DNA from: Spirochaetia bacterium
Lineage (GTDB): Bacteria > Spirochaetota > Spirochaetia > WTKD01 > G963693115
DNA: 64,000 nucleotides
Assembly: GCA_965226055.1 (NCBI GenBank)
Contig: CBDDCA010000005.1
Coordinates: forward strand, 32,001 to 96,000
Direction: 5' to 3'
The notes under the pieces were generated by a model. It was not told the origin of the DNA. It did no database searches and saw nothing but the letters and a program-made list of their open reading frames with translations. The position numbers and the translations under genes are program-made. Below, piece after piece: positions 51,401 to 60,300 of this stretch (within the stretch, counting starts at the first letter, position 1; each line of letters opens with the position of its first letter).

Positions 51401-53227
51401 TGAGGGAGCTGTAGGTTGCGGAGTAGTTATGTCTTGTGTGGCTTGGGTGCTTTTATTTCCTGCGTAATCAAGGGTGAGTATTGTTATGGTATAGCTCTTG
51501 CCTTGCTTGAGTTCTTCTACAGAGAGTAATGTTATAGGGAAAGCTACTTTTTTCTCATTTACCACTGTAGTGTCTATGCCTTTCTCTGCTATGCTTATAC
51601 TATATTCTTTTATGTCTTTGTTATTGACTTTTGTCCCATCAGGCTCTGTCCATGTTATCTGCACTCCTACTTTTGTTACCGATATAAAGAGATAGCTTAC
51701 TTGTATATTTGTTACTGCATCGGGAGCTGTGCTATCGTCTGCGGTGGCTACTGTGGCATTTTCTGCTGTTCCTTTGTTGCCTGCCCTGTCCATTGATACT
51801 ACTGCCACTGTGTACTCGGTGTTAGCTTTTAGCCCTGTTATCTGCGTATTTCTTAGTGCTCGATCTGTTATTGTTACTGTCTTTGCTGCCGTGCTACTGT
51901 TCTTTTCTGTTACAGCTATACTCACTCCTGCATAATCTCGTACATCGGGGGCTTGCCAGCCTACTACTATGCTTGTTGCTCCTCCTACGGCACTTACATT
52001 GCTTACAGGCTCTGTGCTTTTGTCTGTTGTTGCTTGTTCTTTTGACACTGCAGTGGAGTACTTTCCGTTTTGAGAGACATATACTTCTACTTTGTATGTA
52101 AGCGTGCCATAGAGTTTTGTGAGTGCTATGCCATCTTTTGCTACATACACAGTGGCGTATTCTTTGTTTTGTGCAGCTGCAGAGTCTAGTCCTGCAGTAC
52201 TGCCATTACTTATAATTTCCTCTGCTATGAGGGTATTTGTTGCAGTTGCTATGATGCGTACTTGTAGATTTTTTCCTGTACTAAAGTCAAATCTATTATT
52301 TCTATCATCCCACCTAATAAGCAGACTTTCATCGGCCGGGCTATTGCTTTTATCGTTTGCTGTTACTGTAAGGTCTGATGCAGAAAGTGGCGCTACTGTC
52401 TGTGAGAGTGCTGATGGCACTATGCCTCTGAGTGCTTGCTTTGCTGTACTTTTGTTACCGTTGCTATCTTTGTATACTACTGCGACATCATAGCTAATGC
52501 CGTCTATGGTGGGGACTGCAATACTCACCTCTCCTTGTGTTACATCTTGTACCGATACTTCTGTCACTCCACGAGTGGTACTTTCTATCACCTGTACTAT
52601 GGCTTCTGCTATGTCTGTCTTGCCTGACGAGAGCAATGCTTTGTCCCATGTTAGCTTTATGCCATTGCTTGCCTGTTCTACTGCTACCTGTGTAAAGGTG
52701 TCCTGCGGTGCAGTTTCATCGCTAAGTGTTGTTACAGAGCGTGTTATTTTTGGTGATACTTCTGTGTCTGAGCCTGAGTCTGATTTTTGGGCTTCTATCT
52801 CTACAGTATAATCAGTAGTAGCAAGCAAGCCTCTGAGTACATAAGGTCTGTTTTGTTGAAACAATGCACGATATTCTATTGCAGGAACATGCACTGATAT
52901 TGATTGCGATGGCACTGTTGATATAGCAGTTACGACTACATGCGTAGCATCACTGGGAGCTTGCCAGCGTAACGAGAGCATCCCGTCATCGCCTGCCGCT
53001 TGTATCTGCACATTGGACACTGATGCAAGTGTCGGTATTACTGGTGGAGTTATCTCTCCTGATGAGGAACTACTACTGCTTTCTGCACATCCTAGCATGA
53101 AGAAAGTAATTACTACTAGCATCCATGCTAGTGCAACTATAGTTATATTCTGCCTATATTGAGGTTTATCTCCCATACCCCGATTTTTTTTCACACTTTG
53201 TAATTCCTTATCCATCCATTTTTTCAT
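48482..53227 (-). CDS. Surface lipoprotein paralog B (FN3-like stalk plus DUF285/BspA-like head)
   Basis: Likely start MKKWMDK at 53227 after AAGGAGG (ORF extends to 53272); lipobox FMLGC; collinear with paralog A; FNQDIGNWDV repeats. Confidence 0.9.
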   Translation of the reverse strand: MKKWMDKELQSVKKNRGMGDKPQYRQNITIVALAWMLVVITFFMLGCAESSSSSSSGEITPPVIPTLASVSNVQIQAAGDDGMLSLRWQAPSDATHVVVTAISTVPSQSISVHVPAIEYRALFQQNRPYVLRGLLATTDYTVEIEAQKSDSGSDTEVSPKITRSVTTLSDETAPQDTFTQVAVEQASNGIKLTWDKALLSSGKTDIAEAIVQVIESTTRGVTEVSVQDVTQGEVSIAVPTIDGISYDVAVVYKDSNGNKSTAKQALRGIVPSALSQTVAPLSASDLTVTANDKSNSPADESLLIRWDDRNNRFDFSTGKNLQVRIIATATNTLIAEEIISNGSTAGLDSAAAQNKEYATVYVAKDGIALTKLYGTLTYKVEVYVSQNGKYSTAVSKEQATTDKSTEPVSNVSAVGGATSIVVGWQAPDVRDYAGVSIAVTEKNSSTAAKTVTITDRALRNTQITGLKANTEYTVAVVSMDRAGNKGTAENATVATADDSTAPDAVTNIQVSYLFISVTKVGVQITWTEPDGTKVNNKDIKEYSISIAEKGIDTTVVNEKKVAFPITLLSVEELKQGKSYTITILTLDYAGNKSTQATQDITTPQPTAPSEDLFQNRPALDTTGAVQIKATFKTAPGIGRYYILRMYDSTTLVSEKSTTGGTKDIIFGIADGVEVPKSQANTKNYRFTFLIIANNIVSPITTLADTVAVYDSTSTAPPAPKDAILSVKSEKKTTATAIYMFNAGDITDTNKAPNGSKLKQTQIQYKVYIAEGDHSKKTLDAIKALAGVQTRDIAGDSALQVRFIGKKDTSYTAGVEAINSLNPSYSIAGSSATIKTVTLTTPSTAPKELTYISNNAVVFAVPTAGSNSGKKVITVQVNASAIAGVSKVDGNALEATDLAYYVLYLKKEYINQKPAGVSALWAVGKSCGKVAKYTKATGVANQAIIQIPIVDSTSAGNAGATPIETAKDYYIGVRVVNTTSPNYDASNIDKLFPTGFYTDVAEIKEVYTSNAVAPDQSLLAGKLVVSQSTSTTGTIKLALTELSTFTGAKNYDGTNITASNQLVYTVYGLQQDTTPTVAEVLAGRKVNIGSATSGVYTVPALASLGLSLDTDPIIAIKGATKYHFVVKVAIKTDPSKKVASSSVASVTTASQATAPTEVRSIQTRVAQTGMKVFWAVPSLSASRKTDTGDTLTAAQVSYKIYKVAKSGDIQRTVTQIKNADSSPTTIAVGTTSTTLTGLTNRKIYEIVVQAVNSTDDTKISAGQRHEFEARTVIIENTMVVSAEVGNKQAINTTRILTSSVSFTCDATILEADAKRIKEETGLAVSFSKNTNTVTVTGIANKSNIHDIAITEYSYNVVQCSVGSSKIPATIIIKTVLKAAPSGKAEAYYRPITKAKLQTIISEEKTRQGSGGNNNPSPDLNMIDTSAITSMNSLFNRDSTFNGDITQWNTSNVEDMQSMFKSTNNFNQDIGNWDVGKVTNMFSMFDSATAFNQDIGNWNMSNVKNTNTMFKGTDAFNQDIGNWDVGNVERNFAMFYNASKFDQNLSSWKMCKGTISSIMFDNSAMAGKTSKYPKGKGDPACTS

Positions 53228-53438
53228 AGATGCCTCCTTGTTGGTTATTTTATTATGTGTATTATTATACATACGAATAGTAAAGATAATATTATTTTTA
53301 TGTTAAAATAGTATTATTTTTATTTTCTTTTTTATGTTTATTTCTTGAGGCTGATCCATTTAGGGTACTAGTGTGAATCATTCCCTCTATTATTTTCATT
53401 GAAGTAATGATACTATTTTTGATATAATAAAAGAAACT

Positions 53439-54563
53439 ATGGTTGATAAATTATTTTCCTCATCTCCAACAAATATAAAAAATGTAAATACTCTTAGTGA
53501 AAATTTTGCAAAACAGACACATGATGTACAAAATATGCTTTTAGATGCATATAACTCTTTATTTAATGGAGATATAACTACGGCATCTGCATATATAAAA
53601 AATGCACGATCAAAAGATGTAAATAATATTCAAGTAAAAGAAAGTGAAAAATTACTTACAAAATGGATAGATATTTTTAGACAACTTAATCAAAATGAAA
53701 AATACTCCTATGAAGATAAAGCTGATTACATTATAAAAGAGTGGTATGCATTTTTACAATCATATAACAATATAGACCCACGAATTACACGAAATCAAAA
53801 TACCATCATTCCTAAAAATGGAAAAGAAGCATTCCAAAAATATATCATTTCTTATGCAAAAGAACTATACTTGCAGTATATCAATGAACACCCCGATAAA
53901 AGAAATACTTCTGAGTTTAGAATAAAATTTTTTCATTGCTTAAAACTATTAGGAGAATATGAAAAAGCTATAAGTTTTTTAGAGTCCTGCTTTCCTCATC
54001 TCTCCATCAATAAAAAAGCATATATTCTTTCTCATTTAGCTGATTGCCATGAATACTTAAAATACAATGATAACGCAAAAGTATTTTTTAGAAAGGCGTT
54101 TGAACTCTCTCCTTCATCAATAAAAATAGAAGAAATTCAATCACAAATGCTTCATGATATCATGCTTGCAATAAAAGAAGGAAACAGATACATAGAAAAA
54201 TATTATCAGTACTGGATACCAGTCTATGGATATATAATGGGATTTTTTAATATCAAAGTAAAATTAAGTCCTATAGAAGTATCAAATATCACACAAGAAA
54301 TATATTCTTTAGAGATAAAATTACAAGATATAAAATCACTTGGAAACGATGATCCTGCAATCATCCTCCCTATTTTTTTATCAAGAATATTTTTACTATT
54401 TGATCATTATTCCTTATATCCAACATATAATAATTCATCTAAAGAATTACTACAAAGAATTGCTCGATATGATCCTTTTATATTTGAAAAATGGCAAGGG
54501 ATACTAAAAGTGCAGCAAGAATTAAAAACTGATACTAAATCTTTCAAAGTGATTGAACAATGA
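53439..54563 (+). CDS. TPR-like hypothetical protein
   Basis: CLKLLGEYEKAI...LADCHEYL...AKVFFRKAFELSP helical repeats. Confidence 0.7.
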   Translation: MVDKLFSSSPTNIKNVNTLSENFAKQTHDVQNMLLDAYNSLFNGDITTASAYIKNARSKDVNNIQVKESEKLLTKWIDIFRQLNQNEKYSYEDKADYIIKEWYAFLQSYNNIDPRITRNQNTIIPKNGKEAFQKYIISYAKELYLQYINEHPDKRNTSEFRIKFFHCLKLLGEYEKAISFLESCFPHLSINKKAYILSHLADCHEYLKYNDNAKVFFRKAFELSPSSIKIEEIQSQMLHDIMLAIKEGNRYIEKYYQYWIPVYGYIMGFFNIKVKLSPIEVSNITQEIYSLEIKLQDIKSLGNDDPAIILPIFLSRIFLLFDHYSLYPTYNNSSKELLQRIARYDPFIFEKWQGILKVQQELKTDTKSFKVIEQ

Positions 54564-55213
54564 TAAAACTTGGAATATTAGGTCCTCCAGGATCAGGAAA
54601 AGGCACTCTGTGTGATGCACTTACCAAAAAGTATCATATGGTACACCTTGCTACAGGAAATATTTTTAGAAAAATTATTCAAGAAAATGATGTACTAGGA
54701 AAGAAAATACATGCGTTGATCACTGAAGGAAATTATGTCCCTGATTCAATAACGATTGAAGTAGTACAACAACATCTCGTACACACAGATACTCAAAATA
54801 AAGGATATGTACTTGATGGCTTTCCTCGAACACTTGAACAAACGAAATGGTTATTACAATATGCCTCCCTTGATTTTTTCATTATTTTAGATGTTGATTA
54901 TGATATCATCATGCACCGTATTACAGGAAGAAGAATACACCCTCGTTCTAATAGAGTATACCATGTCACCAATAATCCCCCTAAAGTTGCAGGAAGAGAT
55001 GATATAACAGGCGAAAGCCTCATACAAAGAGAAGATGATACTATTGAAAAAGTACAGCACCGACTAGAAATATATACACAAACTTCAAAAGAAATAGTCC
55101 CTCTTCTAAAATCACATGTTACCTGTATTCATATCAATGCCTCACAACAAAGAGAAAATATGATAGCAGAATGCTTACATATTCTTAACAAAAAATATAC
55201 AGCAACACCATAG
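54560..55213 (+). CDS. adk: Adenylate kinase
   Basis: GPPGSGKGT, GNYVPD, LDGFPRT and LID RRIH...QREDD. Confidence 0.96.
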   Translation: MIKLGILGPPGSGKGTLCDALTKKYHMVHLATGNIFRKIIQENDVLGKKIHALITEGNYVPDSITIEVVQQHLVHTDTQNKGYVLDGFPRTLEQTKWLLQYASLDFFIILDVDYDIIMHRITGRRIHPRSNRVYHVTNNPPKVAGRDDITGESLIQREDDTIEKVQHRLEIYTQTSKEIVPLLKSHVTCIHINASQQRENMIAECLHILNKKYTATP

Positions 55214-55214
55214 C

Positions 55215-56570
55215 TTACTGCCCTATATCAATAGCATACCTATCGTATATCCGAAGTATACGAGTTCTCAGTACATCAGTAGGAACCCTATCAAGTAATA
55301 CTCTAAGAGTGTCCAATTCTCTTTGTGTAGCACCATACCCTGCTTCAAGTGCAGATTCAAGGTATTGGAGACCTCTTAAAAAACGCTGTGGTACTATAAT
55401 ATCATAATCACTATCAAATAGTATTTGAGCAAGTACAAAGAAAATCTCTGTTAATTCAGATCTTTTATTGCTATCATCATTATCAACTTCAGACACTAAT
55501 GGAGTGTCTGACTCAGAAAGTACCTCGCCACTTTCTCCGTCTCCACTTTCCGCTGGAGTTTCTTCAGCTACGCTCTCATCTCCACTTTCCGCTGGAGTTT
55601 CTTCAGCTACGCTCTCATCTCCACTTTCCGCTGGAGTTTCTTCAGCTATGCTCTCATCTCCACTTTCCGCTGGAGTTCCTTCGGCTATGCTCTCATCTTC
55701 ACTTTCCGCTGGAGTTCCTTCGGCTATGCTCCCGTCTATACTTTCCGCTGGAGTTTCATATTGATTATCTTGTATAGTATCACTCTCTACTTCTACAAAG
55801 GAGTCTTCGTTATTATCTGATACATCAGATGTATTTAATTCTTTCTCTATTTCTTGTACTAAAAAAATATAAAGAGAATACGCATACTGAGATAAACGAG
55901 ACTCAAGGAGCATGTTTGCAAAATGCCTTACTTCTTCAAATGAAATATTTTTTTGCCTATATTCTACTGCTACCCTTTCTATAACAAACTGTATATCCAA
56001 AACAACAGTAGCTTGTGTCTTTGTTGTATTACTTTGATCATTATATAACTCAAGCAATACACGAAAGTAACTTTCCAATACTTTAACATTAATATCTGCA
56101 ATTTGAATTGCTTGCTGAAAATAATCATATGAAGTACGAAAATTCCCTATCCGTGCATAGAGTACCCCTAAGTTACTCAATGCTCTTAGTTGATATTTTG
56201 TATCTTCTAATAGTGATATATATAATTCAATAGCTTTCTCATTTTCCTCTGTAAGTAAATAGTAATAGGCATTTAGTTCTTGTACTATTTCATTATCCTT
56301 ATCCTGTTGTAGAATACTATCAAGCATTGATCTGGCTTGTGAATACTCTTCTAAAAGAAGATATATATCAACAATTTTTATTTTAAGTTCAAGTGTGTTA
56401 TCAAAACGTAACGCTTCATTAAAATTTTCAAGAGCAGCATCATACTCTTTTGCTGTATAGTGTATATTACCCTGTTGAATATACTCATTGGCACGCTCTT
56501 TTTGTTGGCTAGCACAGGAGACATATAAAATAAATATAATAACACACAAAAAATATAATAAGCGAAACAT
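55215..56570 (-). CDS. TPR lipoprotein with an acidic tandem-repeat insert
   Basis: Lipobox LYVSC; TPR motifs such as ALSNLGVLYARIGNF; (E/G)TPAESGDESxAE repeats. Confidence 0.8.
   Translation of the reverse strand: MFRLLYFLCVIIFILYVSCASQQKERANEYIQQGNIHYTAKEYDAALENFNEALRFDNTLELKIKIVDIYLLLEEYSQARSMLDSILQQDKDNEIVQELNAYYYLLTEENEKAIELYISLLEDTKYQLRALSNLGVLYARIGNFRTSYDYFQQAIQIADINVKVLESYFRVLLELYNDQSNTTKTQATVVLDIQFVIERVAVEYRQKNISFEEVRHFANMLLESRLSQYAYSLYIFLVQEIEKELNTSDVSDNNEDSFVEVESDTIQDNQYETPAESIDGSIAEGTPAESEDESIAEGTPAESGDESIAEETPAESGDESVAEETPAESGDESVAEETPAESGDGESGEVLSESDTPLVSEVDNDDSNKRSELTEIFFVLAQILFDSDYDIIVPQRFLRGLQYLESALEAGYGATQRELDTLRVLLDRVPTDVLRTRILRIYDRYAIDIGQ
55535..55758 (-). repeat. 39-bp coding VNTR (5 full units plus 1 partial)
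   Basis: CTCCACTTTCCGCTGGAGTTTCTTCAGCTACGCTCTCAT head-to-tail with no spacers. Confidence 0.9.
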
Positions 56571-56667
56571 AAATTATGGTTTTCTTTATTATTATATTGA
56601 ATAGTAAGTATAATGACTATTATATATTAGGAAACAGTTAATACAATTACTGAATAATACAATATAT

Positions 56668-56740
56668 TGAGCCGCGCAGGATTTGAACCTGCGACCACCG
56701 CCTTAAAAGGGCGTTGCTCTACCAGCTGAGCTAGCGGCCC
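56668..56740 (-). tRNA. tRNA-Lys(TTT)
   Basis: GGGCCGCTAGCTCAGCTGGTAGAGCAACGCC-CTTTTAA-GGCGGTGGTCGCAGGTTCAAATCCTGCGCGGCTCA. Confidence 0.96.
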
Positions 56741-56743
56741 AAT

Positions 56744-56815
56744 CATCTCCTAGGGGAGTTGAACCCCTGTTGCAAGAATGAAAATCTTGAGTCCTAACCA
56801 CTAGACGAAGGAGAC
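56744..56815 (-). tRNA. tRNA-Glu(TTC)
   Basis: GTCTCCTTCGTCTAGTGGTTAGGACTCAAGA-TTTTCAT-TCTTGCAACAGGGGTTCAACTCCCCTAGGAGATG. Confidence 0.96.
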
Positions 56816-56826
56816 AATTTAATCTT

Positions 56827-56855
56827 ATTATAAAAAATGTAGAAGAAAAAATCAA
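56827..56855 (-). promoter_or_regulatory. Sigma70-type promoter of tRNA-Glu/tRNA-Lys
   Basis: TTGATT-17 nt-TATAAT, 11 nt upstream of tRNA-Glu. Confidence 0.65.
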
Positions 56856-56921
56856 GTCCTCTATAAAGAAAATTGCAGATTCAAGTATTAAATGCAACAA
56901 AGGAGCAAAAAAAAGAGTATA

Positions 56922-57250
56922 GATGGCTGGTAGCCCGAACAAATAGCAGGAAAGCTTCGCATTGATATGCCCATATTCTATAACCAGTATGCTCTTAGTC
57001 ATGAGACGATATATCAATTTATTTACCGTATCGCTCCTCATTTGACACACTCTCTGAGAAAACAGCACATAACAAAAGAAACACATCTCGCTCTTGCTCT
57101 GCTGCTCGTATCCCCATCGTGTCTCAGTACACAAACGAGACAATGTTTATGAGGAATATGGCTACTGGTAAGTAGATCTTGTTGGCTCTTCTTAAAAAGC
57201 TACTGTGCTTGCTTTAGGAGAAAAACATACTCGCTCTGTTCTCTTTCATA
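56922..57250 (+). pseudogene. IS30-family transposase remnant
   Basis: GW*PEQIAGKL...SHETIYQFIY, then after frameshifts RIPHRVSVHKR...YGYW*VDLVG...VLALGEKHTR; matches the IS30 WSPEQI / SHETIY / GHWExD / TLVERKSR motifs. Confidence 0.8.
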
Positions 57251-57251
57251 G

Positions 57252-57329
57252 GAGAGATACAAACTCTCATAATACTTTCGTATTGCAAGATTGTAAGTCT
57301 TGTGTGTCTACCATTTCCACCATACCTAC
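57252..57329 (-). pseudogene. Decayed tRNA-Leu-type gene (anticodon now TAC, 3' acceptor strand missing)
   Basis: GTAGGTA-TG-GTGGAAATGGTAGACAC-A-CAAGA-CTTACAA-TCTTG-C-AATACGAAAGTATT-AT-GAGAG-TTTGTAT-CTCTC; no TACCTAC follows. Confidence 0.75.
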
Positions 57330-57336
57330 AATATAC

Positions 57337-57370
57337 AATAAGAGTGTTTCTTATAAGAAACACTCTTATT
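57337..57370. terminator. Perfect 34-bp palindrome downstream of lipoprotein D
   Basis: AATAAGAGTGTTTCTTA|TAAGAAACACTCTTATT. Confidence 0.6.
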
Positions 57371-57391
57371 ATTTATATCAAATAATATTGA

Positions 57392-60300
57392 TTATTGAAA
57401 GGTAGGGTATGTATTTCTTTTTCCTTCCATTGGAATACTTACAAAACTATTTTCTAAGAATTTAATATGTATATGACCATATAAAGGTTTATCAATTCCT
57501 GTATTCCAACTTACGTCTTTTCCATAACTTTTTTCAAATACTGTTTTATTGATTCTCCATTTACTAAGATCTTGATCAAATTTTTGAGAATTTTTGAACA
57601 TAAATTTCATAAATCTTATGGAAGAAATATTCCAACCTGATATATCTTGATTAAATTGTTCGGTATCTTCAAACATAGATGTCATATTGTAAACTTTAGA
57701 AGTATCCCAATTGGATATATCTTGATTAAAATTAGTAGCATTTTTAAACATCTGGTCCATATCATTTACTCTAGAAGTATCCCAATTGGATATATTTCCA
57801 TTAAAAGAACTTGCTTCTTCAAACATACCTCCCATATCATTTACTTTAGAAGTATCCCAATTGGATAAATCTCTATTGAATTTTGTTGAACGCATGAACA
57901 TAAACTTCATATTGGTTACTTTAGAGGTATTCCAATTAGATACATTAGGGTTATAATCTTTATTAACAAATAATTTAGACATATCAACTACTTCACTAGT
58001 ATCTACTAATCTTAAATTTTCTACTTCTTTATCTTTTTCTAATAATTCAATTACTCGTAATAATTCTTTATTACTAGTAGGCCTATAGAAGGTTGCACTT
58101 CTACCACCGACTTTTACTAGTTTAGTATTTACATTCACAGTCAAATCCTTTGTTACATTCCAATTTGGTATAGTAAATCTTATTTTACCATATTTCCTAT
58201 TAGTTATTTTAGAATCATAAAAATTACTTTTATTAACAATTCCTGTTATATGAACAGTATTATTACTAAAAGATGCTGTTAATCCTGTATCATGTTTTAA
58301 TCTATCTAAATCAGCTTTATCGAATGTAAATGATGAATTTAAGCTAACTCTCTTATTATTACTTCTTGTCCACTGTTGATTACCATTAACTATTCTTTTT
58401 TCTAAAACAGTAGCACCTATAATTAATTTTTTATTAACAGAATCTCCAACATTAAAATTAGCTCTTGCTATGTTGAGATCATAATCTATAACTAACTTCC
58501 AAGTTTCAAAATGTTGTGTTTTTCCATTTGAAACTTTTGTTTTATCAGTTTCATTAACTGAAGTTATTGCTATAGCATATGATGTTTCTGCATATACATC
58601 ATCTAAAAGATGTTTTTTAGTATTTGCAGGTATATTTATAGCTACTCCTTCATTTTTAATTCTGTCTAAATCATAATCATAACCGAATTCATCATCATCA
58701 AGTTTTTTAACATATAAAATATATGAAATTTCTGATATAGATAATATATCTCCGTCATTATTTTTATGAATTTCACTATCTATTGTTGGATAATCCCATA
58801 TCATATTGATACCACTAGATATGAATTTAAATGAAAAATTGCTTACTTCTGGAGGAATTTTTGTAGTGTTATCTATGGTACCACATATGGGGCTTCCTTT
58901 AAAATTAGGTCTCTTATTTTTTGGTATATATAAATCATCTGCATAAACATCTTTAATTCTCACATGAAAATCACTATCTGTAAGTGTTATTCTACACATA
59001 TTCCATGATGAAAAATCATGATCATAGAAATATAATCCACTGTATAGAATTCTATTTGCTTTTAAAACATTATTTGTATTCCAATTTTCAACACCATGTA
59101 TAAAAGCTCCACTTTGTAAATTTACTTGAGAAAATAGTTCTGTCATATCAGTTACATTAGAAGTATCCCAGTTTGATAAATCACTTTTAAACCTAGTTAC
59201 TCCATAAAATGTACTATTCATATTAGTAACATTTGAAGTATTCCATTTTGAAATATCTCCACTAAATTCATATATTTTATTAGTATTTTTATCTTTAAAA
59301 TCATATACATCTTTACTTAATTTTGAACTAAATAAATTACTAAAACTTTTTACATTACTTGTATCTATTATGTTTAAATCAGCAGATATTCCTTGAATGT
59401 CTATTTCTTGAGTAATATCAGCTATTAACTCACTGCTGTCAAGAGGAATATGTTTATATCCTATTATCAGATCTATAGTTTTACTAACTGTTCTGTTATC
59501 TTCTGATGTAAATCCTATGGTATATCTTCTGTTTCCCATTTTTGTAGCAATACCAGAAATAGAACCATCCAATTTATTAAATGTTAATCCAAATGTTTTA
59601 GATAAATCATCGGGACTAATAGAAAAAGTTCCTCTATCGGTATTAATACTTTCTGGTAATATTATGGATTCTATTTTAGTTATTTTCTCTTTTCCATAAT
59701 TACCTTGGGATACTAATCTTTTTTCAGTTATAAATATATCAGAATTTTCTTCTCTAAATTGTAATGAAATAGGTTCATCTGTATTAAATTCAAAAAGTTG
59801 ACTATTTGTAACCTTTGATACATCTGTATTATTTACAGATTGTAATACTATATTATAAGTTGTATTTGGCATTAAACCTGTTATAGTTATTCCTTCTTGT
59901 TGTGCTTTTAAAACTATCGGATTTCTATCAGATATTATAACTGCATCTACATCATTATTTTCTATCTTGTTTTCCTTTAATTTATATACTTTGTATATAA
60001 TATTTTGCTTAGTTAATTGGTTTTCTTCATTATCTAAATGAGTATCATCAAAAGGAAGCAATGCTCCTCTCCATTGTAATGATATAGATGTTTCAGTAGA
60101 GTTAGTTTTTAGTATTTTATTATTATTAAAACCAGGAGGATTAGTTGCTTTACTCCCTAAGGATATTGATTTAATATTACTATAAGTAATCTTACTCATA
60201 TCTGTTTTAATTTGAACTGAAAACATAAAATGATATGTTTTTTGTTCTTCAAAATTCACTCCATCTATTTCAGTTTCATTTATGTATTCTAATTTTCCAT

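Noticed and set aside
22618-52811. Many short + strand ORFs opposite the lipoprotein genes
   Set aside because: Recurrent antisense frames caused by repeated Thr/Ala/Val codons; they repeat with the stalk units and lack ribosome-binding sites
55535-55758. Palindrome-containing repeats resembling a CRISPR array
   Set aside because: Units are head-to-tail with no unique spacers, are a multiple of 3 nt, lie in frame within a CDS, and no cas genes are present
56703-57143. 146-aa minus-strand ORF
   Set aside because: Runs through tRNA-Glu and tRNA-Lys and is antisense to the IS30 relic; spurious
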